Notes: generated by a model from the letters alone, not told the origin. A stretch of DNA of 64,000 nucleotides from an uncultured Candidatus Saccharibacteria bacterium (GCA_964648985.1 CAZYMS010000004.1:2793-66792); one strand, 5' to 3'; positions 19,024-28,030 are shown, counted from the first letter of the stretch. Program-made: numbers and translations.

Positions 19024-19887
19024 ATGAAGCGAAGATTTTTAACTACGGCAGACATACAAACTATTTTAACCAATTTTCGCGTTGGCACTTTGGTGCGCAG
19101 ACATTACATAGACGGTACCATTGAGAACCAGAACTATAAAATAGTAACTACCAAAGGAGTCTACCTTTTAAAAGTATTTGGGGATGCGCACGTGCCGGCA
19201 AAGGATATTGTGTTCCAGAACAACTTTATGACTTACTTGCGGGTGCAGCGGCTTAAAGTCCCTAAAGTTATTCCTACTCAAAGTTCGGAAACAGTTATAG
19301 AGTATGCCGGTAAGCCGGTGTCTGTATACCAATTTGTAGAAGGTGCGCACATAACAAAGTTTACTAAGCAGATAGTTACAAGCTTGGCCAAAGAAATAGC
19401 CAAGCTGCACACGGTGCTATTAAACTATAAGTTACCCAAAGAACACCAGAACACTTACTACTCAGTTAAGGCGCAAGGTTTTGTAAAAGGCAAAAAGCTC
19501 CGGTCGACATTACTCCACGGTGACTTGGGCACGGACAACATACTCATGCGTGGGAGTAGGGTAACCGCCATTATAGACTTTAACAACCTACACTGGAGCT
19601 ACCTTATAAACGACCTAGCCACCTTTGCCTTGGTGTTTCTCAGTAAACAAAACCTTAAGTACATTCCCATGTTTTTTGCTGAGTACCAGAAGTACCTCAA
19701 GCTGACCCAAGACGAAAAGGCTAGTCTGCAGTTTTTTATGACCGAACACACCAAAGGCGTACTCCGCTGGCTTGAACAACAACTCAAGCAAAAACGCGGC
19801 AAACAACTCACATACGTAAAAAAGACAAAAATAGCCTACACAAAGAAGTTAGCGCTGCTTAAACAGAATCGAATTACGATAATATAA
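19024..19887 (+). CDS. aminoglycoside/choline-kinase-type phosphotransferase (APH family)
   Basis: 'LLHGDLGTDNIL' catalytic loop and 'IIDFNN' (DFG-like). Confidence 0.6.
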   Translation: MKRRFLTTADIQTILTNFRVGTLVRRHYIDGTIENQNYKIVTTKGVYLLKVFGDAHVPAKDIVFQNNFMTYLRVQRLKVPKVIPTQSSETVIEYAGKPVSVYQFVEGAHITKFTKQIVTSLAKEIAKLHTVLLNYKLPKEHQNTYYSVKAQGFVKGKKLRSTLLHGDLGTDNILMRGSRVTAIIDFNNLHWSYLINDLATFALVFLSKQNLKYIPMFFAEYQKYLKLTQDEKASLQFFMTEHTKGVLRWLEQQLKQKRGKQLTYVKKTKIAYTKKLALLKQNRITII

Positions 19888-19899
19888 AAACTATACGAT

Positions 19900-19936
19900 A
19901 AAAGCCGTCGCTATAGTTATCTGTGCGATGGCTTTT
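19900..19936. terminator. bidirectional hairpin AAAAGCCGTCGC-loop-GCGATGGCTTTTT
   Basis: Between convergent genes. Confidence 0.55.
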
Positions 19937-19952
19937 TAAGTGTCTCCGCAAA

Positions 19953-21167
19953 CTATATGTTGCGTAACCAGTTTCTCACTTTCCATCTAAAAGTATCCTG
20001 TTCAGCTAGCATGGTTTCAAGGCTATGTTTGCGTAGGATTTCAGAGACTTCAAATATCTTTAATTTTACCTCTGGGATTTCCTTGGTTATTGTAGCCAAT
20101 AGTACTGAATATCTATCGCCATTAGTCCGTTTAAATTGTGATTTAAAATTTTCAAATTGAGCAGCTCTTTCTTGACCAGTTTTTGTGATGTGTTTTACTA
20201 TTTTCTCAACTTCATCAGGCAACTGAGCTTCTATTGCCTGGATTTGCAATTCAATCTCAGGCCGTGCTTCAGCTGGCGCTCTTTTAATCTTTGCCCTCAA
20301 ACTTGCAATTTCGTCTGCATATTTAACTTGTAGCTGTCGAGCCTTGTCGCAAAGTAATTCTGTAAAATGAAGATACGTTTCCGCTGTAGATTCGGTGTTG
20401 GTAATGCAGGCATATTCCGCTACGGCATCCGAACCGCCTGCTTGTATGTGCTGTGCTTCCTCCACCCGTTCACTTAAACGACTAAATTCGCTCTGCGGCT
20501 TTAAGTCTTTGCCTAAACGTTCGAGTGCAACCACCCTGCCGTCGTGTTGCTTTTCTAGGCGCACCCAACCGTCGTCTGTTTTACAAACTACTTCATTTAT
20601 ATTATTCTGAGCGGCATCGCTATAGCCAAGCCCTATGGCAATAGGCTCCTCAAATTCTTGTTTGCCCCAATATACATCCGCTGCGGCAATGAGTTGATTG
20701 TTCTTGTGTATGCGACGAAAGCCATCCATCTTTTTGATTTGGTTTTTATCATAAACCAAGCCAACGGGGCCACCGGCTTGCATATCCCGTTTCACTGCGC
20801 TAGCATCTTCCCGCTTGGGCAGTACAGTTACATGCATGTCAGTAAAGGTTAACTCCCCATATACATGCTGTTCAACTTCTCGGCTTGCTTCGCTTTCCAG
20901 GAATAGTTTATCAGCTGATATTTTTACTCCCCAAGACTGCAAGTATTCTGCTCGCTTGGTAGCAATGTTATTGCCTGCGGTGGCAACTTCCTTTGTTACT
21001 TCCTGCCAGTGGGATTCGCCCAATCTATTGAGTTTGGTATAGTACGCATCGTTGGATGCCGACATGGCGAGCTGGCTTTGCTCCCTGCCCAAACTCGTTT
21101 CTGCCGGGCGTTGGCCTTCAATGTTTCTTTGGGTCATATATAATCTTTTAAGATAAGTATAATACAA
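19953..21167 (-). CDS. hypothetical 404-aa protein. A 'KMDGFR' (KxDGxR-like) sequence hints at a nucleotidyltransferase/ligase-like fold, which is speculative
   Basis: Long ORF with a coiled-coil C-terminal half. 'IKKMDGFRRI' then 'KTDDGWVRL' ~48 aa later resemble ligase motifs I and III, but motifs IV and V are not evident. Confidence 0.45.
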   Translation of the reverse strand: MYYTYLKRLYMTQRNIEGQRPAETSLGREQSQLAMSASNDAYYTKLNRLGESHWQEVTKEVATAGNNIATKRAEYLQSWGVKISADKLFLESEASREVEQHVYGELTFTDMHVTVLPKREDASAVKRDMQAGGPVGLVYDKNQIKKMDGFRRIHKNNQLIAAADVYWGKQEFEEPIAIGLGYSDAAQNNINEVVCKTDDGWVRLEKQHDGRVVALERLGKDLKPQSEFSRLSERVEEAQHIQAGGSDAVAEYACITNTESTAETYLHFTELLCDKARQLQVKYADEIASLRAKIKRAPAEARPEIELQIQAIEAQLPDEVEKIVKHITKTGQERAAQFENFKSQFKRTNGDRYSVLLATITKEIPEVKLKIFEVSEILRKHSLETMLAEQDTFRWKVRNWLRNI

Positions 21168-21605
21168 ACTGGCCTAAAACTCCCGCTTTGCCGTCGTGAT
21201 GGTCACCTTCGCGACCGCTTTTTATACCGAGGGTGAGTGGCTGGAGTTTAATTAGAATTTATTACTTAAATAAAACTAATTCGTTACTTATCCACAATCA
21301 TATTCTTGCCTAACCTTTACAAAAAGTATAGGCTTATTGGGTAGTTCTTTGAAAATCAAGCTAGAATAATAACGGTCAATAATATTTCGAATTTTCTAGA
21401 TATCCGACAGTGATATCTCCCCTTCCAGTCTCGAACTACTTTTAAGACTGACAAGGTTCTCACACACCCGCACGCCCAATTCTCCGCGTTCAAAAGAGAA
21501 GTCCAAGAATGCCGCCCTGTAGTACCTGGGCGATTGGCGAATGGAGTGGTTGAAGTAGAGCAAGCGAGTAGTAAATTAGACATTCAACGTTCGCTTCGCT
21601 CGCGA

Positions 21606-21682
21606 CTACTTAGTAGCTAACGGTTACTTTAGTTCTATACGGAAAGTTATATCGAAATTTTAACCGTTAGAAGCTTAAGTAG
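21606..21682 (+). repeat. long interrupted inverted repeat (about 19 bp stem, 34-nt loop) inside a 0.7-kb ORF-free AT-rich region. Candidate structured ncRNA, possibly retron msr/msd-like
   Basis: CTACTTA-gt-AGCTAACGGTTA (21606-21626) pairs with TAACCGTTAG-aa-GCTTAAGTAG (21661-21682). A second small hairpin AGATATC/GATATCT lies at 21398-21418. Confidence 0.3.
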
Positions 21683-21889
21683 TTGTTTAGGTCGTAAATT
21701 TACAAATGTAGTTAATCCAACTCATAATTTATGGAACATCCAACTTCTCATCCTTTCAGTCTTAGCTTGAACTTTCCGTATTTATGGGCGGTTATACGTT
21801 ATGGAACGATTGTTGCGAATTATCCTGCTAATATTGCAGATTATTCGTTTGCTAATCGATATAATGTACTAGCCGCCCTTTAGTTATTT

Positions 21890-22231
21890 ATGTACACTTT
21901 TCCAATATTATTAAAAAAAATAAGAGAAGAAAGCGGCCTGTCCCAGAAGCAATTGGCTGATGTTTTGGATGTATCTGAAATACTTGTCACTTTGATCGAA
22001 ACCGATAAGAAAGAGCCCTCTCGGAAGTTTATTAATAAGCTCGCTAGTAAACTAGAGGTAAGCCCTAGTTCTATAACTCCATTTATGATTGATGTTGCCG
22101 AAGAGAGTAATTTGTCTTTAATAGAAAGAAAATTATTCAATGTCGCATCAAAAATTCAAGAGTATTTGATATCAAAGAAGTCTCATAATTTAAATAAATA
22201 TATAAAAAATGGTTATGCTCCCGAAGATTAA
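21890..22231 (+). CDS. XRE-family helix-turn-helix protein, overlapping the downstream RT gene
   Basis: 'LLKKIREESGLSQKQLADVLDVSEILVTLIETDKKEPSRKFINKLASKL' is a canonical Cro/C1-type HTH. A TATAAT sits at 21860-21865. Confidence 0.65.
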   Translation: MYTFPILLKKIREESGLSQKQLADVLDVSEILVTLIETDKKEPSRKFINKLASKLEVSPSSITPFMIDVAEESNLSLIERKLFNVASKIQEYLISKKSHNLNKYIKNGYAPED

Positions 22232-23189
22232 TATCCGAAGCATTGCCGAGCTATCCCGCCGTTTGTCTGACAAGTCGCTGCCTAGACAGAGGGCGCTGGC
22301 GCTCATTCAGGATGTCCTGGCCAATCAGTTCAGACTTTGGAAAGATTCAAAAGCATCAGATGCGTCTAAAAGAAAGTTTGTCCGCAATGCTAAGCGAACA
22401 AAGTTGGGTAACTTATTGCATCTCATTGACCATAAGGTTCTTGCTGTGCACGATAAAGAATTACCAGGATTTATATTTGGTGGGGTTACATCAAAAAGTC
22501 ATTTGGATGCCGCTTTTGCTTTAATGGGCAATAGTAGAAAAAGAACATTATTAGCTCTAGATATCAGTACTTTTTTTGAAAATGTTGATGCTGCAAGCGT
22601 TACCAACTTTTTTTGTAAAGCAGGGTGCTCTCTAAAGTTGGCTGAACAGTTGAGTAATGTCTGCTGCGTGCCAGAGGGTCCAAAAGATAATCCTAGTCCT
22701 TTCAGGACACTGGCTCGTGGTTTTGCAACTTCCACTCGTCTGGCGACTTGGGTCAATATAGGTACTTTTAAGAAGTTAGAGTTGCTAGTGAGAAATAGGC
22801 TCCGAAGATTTGACCCTAGAATCGCCATCTTTGTGGATGATATAGGTATTACCGCAAGTAATGTGCCAAAAGCAAAGATGGTGTCCTTAGGCCTAGAGAT
22901 ACAGAAGCTATTGGCAACTTTTGATAATAATCAACCTCTCCCCCTTAACGCTAAGAAGAGCAAAGTTCTTACATGGGAAGAGGGTATGGAACACTTGGGT
23001 GTTCGTCTTGGGAAAGGCGGTTTGTCCCCAGGCAGAAAATCTCAGATAAAATACGCAAAGCTTTTGAACGAGATAGGAAAAACTAACAATAACTTTCAAA
23101 GAAGGAAGTTATTGCAAAAGAAAAAGGGGCATACACGATATAGGCGGTTTATTAGGCAGAGTAATGTAGCGCGTACCACATCTGTATAA
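22209..23189 (+). CDS. prokaryotic reverse transcriptase (retron/Abi/defence-RT-like)
   Basis: RT motif 2 'RKRTLLALDISTFFENV' (compare retron 'KRYILKIDLKDFFHSI'). Motif B-like 'RGFATSTRLATWV'. Motif C 'IAIFVDDIGITAS' (YxDD). Thumb-like 'HLGVRLG'. Confidence 0.65.
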   Translation: MVMLPKINIRSIAELSRRLSDKSLPRQRALALIQDVLANQFRLWKDSKASDASKRKFVRNAKRTKLGNLLHLIDHKVLAVHDKELPGFIFGGVTSKSHLDAAFALMGNSRKRTLLALDISTFFENVDAASVTNFFCKAGCSLKLAEQLSNVCCVPEGPKDNPSPFRTLARGFATSTRLATWVNIGTFKKLELLVRNRLRRFDPRIAIFVDDIGITASNVPKAKMVSLGLEIQKLLATFDNNQPLPLNAKKSKVLTWEEGMEHLGVRLGKGGLSPGRKSQIKYAKLLNEIGKTNNNFQRRKLLQKKKGHTRYRRFIRQSNVARTTSV

Positions 23190-23234
23190 ATAAAAGCAAT
23201 GAATATATGCTGACTGTTTTTATTTATGCTTCTT

Positions 23235-24713
23235 TTAATTTCTTGGCTCTTGCAGTAATTTCAAAGCGCGAGAGCGGGATAAGTTAAAGGCTTGCCATCG
23301 ATTGTTTTCGGTTTCAAGTTTAGTTTGTTGACTTGCTAGCCAGCTTCGTAGTTGTTCTTTATTATCGCCATCGAGCTTATGGTAGAGCTCTACTTTTTGG
23401 GTGGTGGCGTCTGGAGAAAGACTTGCTATGTAGTAGGTATCTATTTTCCCAGTTTTGCTGTATCGTTTTAGATTTGAGTTGGCTATGTAAGCGTCGGGGT
23501 TTATGAGGTTCACTACTATTAAGAACGCTGTGCCGGTGAGGAGTGTACCAAAGGTAAAAAAGTTCTCCGGTTTGGTTTTTATGAACTTTATTGCAAGGAG
23601 TATGAACAGTGCAAGTAGGAAAATTACGAACACTGTTACGTAAAATCGTTGTTCTGTTAGGCTGTAGGCGTCTATATATAGTGAGAGGCGTTTGAAGGCG
23701 GAGATAATTACAACTATAACTTCGGTTATGAGTACTAAGGCAGGCACTAAGAAGTGCTTATTCTTTTTTTCTTCTGTACCCGCAAACTGTTCTGAGGCAA
23801 GTAGTACAAACAGCGAGAGTATAGCCACCATGAGTAGTTCCCAAAAACCTCGGCGGGCGTATTCGGCATAGGTAAAGCCCCAGGTGGTTATGTTGGCTTG
23901 GCCCCCAAAGAGGTAGGTAACTTGGAAGCCAATGAAGAGGAAAAAGAGAAGAGAGATGAGAGACAAGAAAACTAGCACTTCTATGCTGCGGTCAGAATTA
24001 ATGCTGGATTCCGGTCTTCCCGCACTCGAAGACTCGTTTGTGGAAACCGGAATGACAGGGGGGGAGAAGAATATATAGGATAGATAACAAAGTCCAGTCA
24101 CGAAAGCGAATGCGAGGAGCACAAGGTACTGTATGGAGCGTTCTGAAATATTTATATCTATAAAGTTGCTCAGAAATTGCGAAAAAGCTAGGTCTGCTTG
24201 GGAAAAGAGCGCACCGAATATTATTAAAATAGGTACGGCCATAACCACGCCTTTAAGTACGCGAATCCACACGTCTCGGTGTTGTACGTTGCTGTGAATT
24301 TGCCCGAGTTTAGAAACGGTAGAAAGACCTCTGCCCAACATGCGGAACGGTACGAGCATTGCAAGCAGGAAGTAGTCCCGTACTTTCATAAGAAAAACGG
24401 GAGTACCAATTAGTTGGTGGGCGAGCAGTATGAGCAAGCCAAAAGTTGCTACAACATTCAGTAAAGTTAAAAATTCATTTGCGCGAATGCCGGGCATGAG
24501 ACTAAAGAAAGCTATGAGCGCTACTAACCACCACGTTTGTTTGAGAGGTACTTTCTGGTAGTGCGCAAAGCCGAGTACAGTCCCGAGTAGGATAACCACG
24601 AACACAAAAACGGAAATACCAATAAGCTTGCTAAAGAATAAATAGTTAAAAACTAGGGCTAGGCCTAAACTTAGGAGAATAATGTAGAGCGCTTTTTTGA
24701 GAGTGGGATTCAT
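23235..24713 (-). CDS. large polytopic membrane protein (DUF4153/DUF4173-like)
   Basis: 492 aa with more than 10 TM helices. Confidence 0.45.
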   Translation of the reverse strand: MNPTLKKALYIILLSLGLALVFNYLFFSKLIGISVFVFVVILLGTVLGFAHYQKVPLKQTWWLVALIAFFSLMPGIRANEFLTLLNVVATFGLLILLAHQLIGTPVFLMKVRDYFLLAMLVPFRMLGRGLSTVSKLGQIHSNVQHRDVWIRVLKGVVMAVPILIIFGALFSQADLAFSQFLSNFIDINISERSIQYLVLLAFAFVTGLCYLSYIFFSPPVIPVSTNESSSAGRPESSINSDRSIEVLVFLSLISLLFFLFIGFQVTYLFGGQANITTWGFTYAEYARRGFWELLMVAILSLFVLLASEQFAGTEEKKNKHFLVPALVLITEVIVVIISAFKRLSLYIDAYSLTEQRFYVTVFVIFLLALFILLAIKFIKTKPENFFTFGTLLTGTAFLIVVNLINPDAYIANSNLKRYSKTGKIDTYYIASLSPDATTQKVELYHKLDGDNKEQLRSWLASQQTKLETENNRWQAFNLSRSRALKLLQEPRN

Positions 24714-24850
24714 GGTATTCGTAGATTAATTCAATTGTCTTCGTCATTGCGAGGAGCGAGTCCTCGAGTGACGCGGCAATCCATATTATTCATGAGAAAG
24801 CGAGATTGCTTCGTCGCAAAGCCTTCTCGCAATGACAGAGGAGAATGAGA

Positions 24851-25051
24851 TCATTCTTTATATTCCAGAATATCGCCCGGTTGGCAGTCCAAAGCTTCGC
24901 ATATTGCCTCTAAGGTAGAGAAGCGGATGGCTTTGGCTTTGCCGTTTTTGAGTATGGAAATGTTGGCCATGGTAATGCCGACTTTCTCGGTGAGCTCGGT
25001 TACGCTCATTTTTCGTTTGGCTAACATAACGTCTAGGTTGATAATTATCAT
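24851..25051 (-). CDS. YozG-like small XRE-family transcriptional regulator
   Basis: 'MIIINLDVMLAKRKMSVTELTEKVGITMANISILKNGKAKAIRFSTLEAICEALDCQPGDILEY' closely matches this family. Confidence 0.7.
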   Translation of the reverse strand: MIIINLDVMLAKRKMSVTELTEKVGITMANISILKNGKAKAIRFSTLEAICEALDCQPGDILEYKE

Positions 25052-25238
25052 AAATTTATAGGACTTCCGCGCTTCAATCTATTAAAGGATTAATATTGAT
25101 TTGAAGCCACAGGGGTTTGCCCAATTACTTCCTTATTTTACTGCGGTGGTTCTCACCGTAGTGTAACTACGCCTCCAACCATCCTCGCAAAATGCGTCGT
25201 ACTTGGCCAAACGCGGAAGTCCCAGGTTAAGAAGTTGA

Positions 25239-25718
25239 TTAAACGGTTAAGTCGTTTTCGGATTTTAGGTCCACCGCTTTTTGTAATAGGTTTTCGAACA
25301 AGGCGGCGGCTGTAGCGGTTACGACGGTGGTAAAAATTAATATTAGTCCTATAGCAACGCCTCCGGCAATGTCATCCTCGGGTCTGGCTAAAACTAGGTA
25401 AGCTTCTGCACCCACTATAAAACCAATAAACGTGAGTGCGCAGTATTTTATAGTGCGGAACGCATTTACTGTTGCCTGGGAGAATGACTTATTTTGCCGT
25501 ACGTACCCGAGTATCTTGAAAGCCTTGTACAGTGCTACAAAGAAGCAGATAAATGCTACATATATGTATGCTAAAAACGGGTCTTTAAAGTACACTTCAA
25601 AGTTGGTAGCATGTGTATTTCTACCCTCTAAGTGAGGCTCCCATAAAAGAAGGGCAAGAGTGCCAATGCCAATTAGGATAGTTACAATTTGTAGAAATAT
25701 AGTTGAGCCTCGTTTCAT
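25239..25718 (-). CDS. DUF2975-family membrane protein, the usual partner of YozG-like regulators
   Basis: ~160 aa with four TM helices, directly upstream of and co-oriented with the YozG-like gene. Confidence 0.5.
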   Translation of the reverse strand: MKRGSTIFLQIVTILIGIGTLALLLWEPHLEGRNTHATNFEVYFKDPFLAYIYVAFICFFVALYKAFKILGYVRQNKSFSQATVNAFRTIKYCALTFIGFIVGAEAYLVLARPEDDIAGGVAIGLILIFTTVVTATAAALFENLLQKAVDLKSENDLTV

Positions 25719-25830
25719 AAAATATGCTTGTTTATTGATACATATATAGTAGTCTACTATTTATCGTTTGTCAATATATGATTATTGATATGCAATTGAT
25801 TTGTTCATAAATGTAACCATTTTTTAAATC

Positions 25831-25866
25831 AAAAACCACCCAGAAAAAGTTCGTGGGTGGTTTTTG
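25831..25866 (-). terminator. hairpin AAAAACCACCC-loop-GGGTGGTTTTT
   Basis: Sits 19 nt 3' of the small minus-strand ORF at 25885..26055. Confidence 0.5.
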
Positions 25867-25884
25867 GTGCTGTGCCTGCGGTAG

Positions 25885-26055
25885 CTAGTGAACAATACCG
25901 GCTAGGTGCAGGATCCAAACACACAGACTGAGCTCAACAAAGAAAAGGCCAAGGCCAACTGGGCTGCCCCAGGAAAACCATGAGCCCCAGGAGCGCCAGT
26001 TTGCCATGGGCCAGTTTTCTTCGTTGTGCTTCTTGTGTTGCTCGCTTATATCCAT
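25885..26055 (-). CDS. small Trp-rich membrane peptide (56 aa), below the ORF-track cutoff
   Basis: MDISEQHKKHNEENWPMANWRSWGSWFSWGSPVGLGLFFVELSLCVWILHLAGIVH, followed immediately by a terminator hairpin. Confidence 0.3.
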   Translation of the reverse strand: MDISEQHKKHNEENWPMANWRSWGSWFSWGSPVGLGLFFVELSLCVWILHLAGIVH

Positions 26056-26338
26056 ATAATAAGAGTCTTAATGTCGAATGTCGTCAGGTCTATCACGTCT
26101 CCAGGCATGATAGACTTTATAAACTTTCGACGTTTGACGTTTTTGTTCGACCTTTGGATAACCCAAAGGAATGGGCGGACGCGGCCTTTGTAAATCAGGG
26201 CTGGTGATTTGAGGTTTGTATAGCGCCACTTATACCGTGCGGCAATTATAGCAAATATCTGTCTTGCCGGATATAAGTGGGCAGGCATTTAGTTTTCTGC
26301 TACTATTTATACACACTAAACAGTAATTAAACATATAT

Positions 26339-26755
26339 ATGACAAGCAAACTAAATCCGTATCTACATTTTGATGGAAAAGCTAAGGAAGCAATGGAGTT
26401 TTATAAGGGCGCGTTTGGTGGTGAGCTTACCATGAGTACTTTTGCGCAGGGCATGCCTGGTGGTGACGTTGCAGATGCAGAGAAGATTATGCACGCGCAG
26501 CTTATTGTCCCAAACGGCATGACCCTTATGGCTTCGGATGCACCAAAGGGCTGGCCGCTTAACCCAGGTATGAGTGTTAGTATGTCTTTGAGCGGTGACG
26601 ACGAAGCAGAGCTAAAAGGTTATTGGGATAAATTGGCCGAAGGCGGAAAAATAACTCAGCCCCTTGTACCGGCTCCGTGGGGCGACCAGTTTGGTATGCT
26701 CACTGATAAATACGGTATGGAATGGATGGTTAACATTGCTGGCAAAAAAGCATAA
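26339..26755 (+). CDS. VOC / PhnB-like protein
   Basis: 'LHFDGKAKEAMEFYKGAFGGEL'. Paralog of 8043..8468. Confidence 0.7.
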   Translation: MTSKLNPYLHFDGKAKEAMEFYKGAFGGELTMSTFAQGMPGGDVADAEKIMHAQLIVPNGMTLMASDAPKGWPLNPGMSVSMSLSGDDEAELKGYWDKLAEGGKITQPLVPAPWGDQFGMLTDKYGMEWMVNIAGKKA

Positions 26756-26765
26756 TATACCAAAA

Positions 26766-26815
26766 AGAAAAAGGGCCACCCTTTGCGCAATGCAAAAGGT
26801 TGACCCTTTTTCTTT
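26766..26815. terminator. bidirectional hairpin AAAAAGGGCCACCCTTT-GCGCAATGCA-AAAGGTTGACCCTTTTT
   Basis: GGGT.ACCC hairpin family, between convergent genes. Confidence 0.5.
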
Positions 26816-26819
26816 TTAA

Positions 26820-27323
26820 TCAAGGAGTTAGCTTAGGGGTATTGAGTTCGTCTTCGGCAGCTCGTCCGAGTTCAAGCAGGTAGTCAATATCGGTAACACT
26901 TAAGCTGCGAGGCTTTATATCTTTAATGCAGAATACCCCAATGGGCAAGTGAGTAGTGCGGTTATGCAGGGCAATCCCGGCGTAAAAGCGAATGTGCGGC
27001 GCACCTACCACCATAGGGTTGTCTTTAAAGCGTTCATCTTTGAGTGTATCTTCCACAATAAATACAAATTTACTGTACATGGCGTGTCCGCAGAATGATA
27101 CGGTGCGGTCACAGGTGCGTTGTTCTAGCCCCTGGCATGATTTATATATTTCTTTATCCTGACCAATTAAGCTAATAGTAGAAATGGGGACATGAAAGAA
27201 ATCTACTGCTGCTTTGGTTAGGCGGTCGAACCGCTCTTCCGGACTTGCGAGGTCCAGTAACCCGAGGGCGTGGAGCGAGTCCAGCCGTTCTTGCTCTCCA
27301 GGCAAGATGGGTGCGAGTTGCAT
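26820..27323 (-). CDS. stand-alone GAF-domain protein
   Basis: GAF-like core 'FIVEDTLKDERFKDNPMVVGAPHIRFYAGIAL'. Confidence 0.6.
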   Translation of the reverse strand: MQLAPILPGEQERLDSLHALGLLDLASPEERFDRLTKAAVDFFHVPISTISLIGQDKEIYKSCQGLEQRTCDRTVSFCGHAMYSKFVFIVEDTLKDERFKDNPMVVGAPHIRFYAGIALHNRTTHLPIGVFCIKDIKPRSLSVTDIDYLLELGRAAEDELNTPKLTP

Positions 27324-27336
27324 AGCGTTTTGTCTC

Positions 27337-27804
27337 TTATTTAATTATTGTTTGAATGCCTAAGAAATATTGTACTTCTCCTAGTTCGTCTAAAATAGGT
27401 GATACTCGATTAATACATTCATAGTGCGTGCCATCTTTCTTTTTATTGGTGAGGCGTACTAGGGTTGCTTTTTTCTGAACGAGAATAGTTTGCCAAAAGT
27501 TTTCATAAAATTGATCGGGCATTTGTCCTCCCCAAATGGCGGGGGTTTTTCCGAGTACGTCTGTGAGCGTGTAGCCGGTGATGGCTTCAAGCTGTTCATT
27601 TGCGTATATAATATGACCCGCGGCCGAAGTAATATAGATGAGTGTATCTTTGCCGTCTAAAATAGAGTTGATAGTTCCGCATCGGGTACATTTAATTTCT
27701 ATGGTGGCAGTCTGCAGAGCATGCTTGCCGAGCAGCTTAGAGCAGCTGCGGCAACGTAGTTCGTAGTCTGAGGGGGTTGAGCCGGATGGTTCTTGTGGCA
27801 ACAT
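27337..27804 (-). CDS. zinc-ribbon plus PAS domain protein
   Basis: 'CRSCSKL...CTRCGT' followed by a PAS-like 'IYITSAAGHIIYANEQLEAITGYTLTDVLGKTPAIWGG'. I chose the start at 27804 (MLPQEP). Confidence 0.5.
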   Translation of the reverse strand: MLPQEPSGSTPSDYELRCRSCSKLLGKHALQTATIEIKCTRCGTINSILDGKDTLIYITSAAGHIIYANEQLEAITGYTLTDVLGKTPAIWGGQMPDQFYENFWQTILVQKKATLVRLTNKKKDGTHYECINRVSPILDELGEVQYFLGIQTIIK

Positions 27805-27975
27805 GGTTTGTATAAAAAGATGAGCCCAAAACAGACAAATGTGTTTTGAGCTTCTAAAGAGCTTCGTTTTATTATACATGTAGTGTATCACATTTTTTGC
27901 TCGTCTCGTATGTACGTGTATAAGTAGCGAAACAAATGCACGGATTATTCAGTGGCTGAGCGCATACGAGAGAAG

Positions 27976-28019
27976 AAAAAGGGTTACCCTTTTACGTTGC
28001 GCAAAGGGTGACCCTTTTT
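27976..28019 (-). terminator. hairpin AAAAAGGGTTACCCTTT-TACGTTGCGC-AAAGGGTGACCCTTTTT
   Basis: 3' of the 28031..28471 gene. GGGT.ACCC family. Confidence 0.55.
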
Positions 28020-28030
28020 GGTATATGCGG

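Noticed and set aside
21168-23230. Diversity-generating retroelement (template/variable repeat pair) as an explanation for the RT
   Set aside because: I could not find a ~100-bp template-like segment near the RT with an adenine-variable copy at the 3' end of any nearby gene. I did not exclude it; it is listed as an alternative to test.
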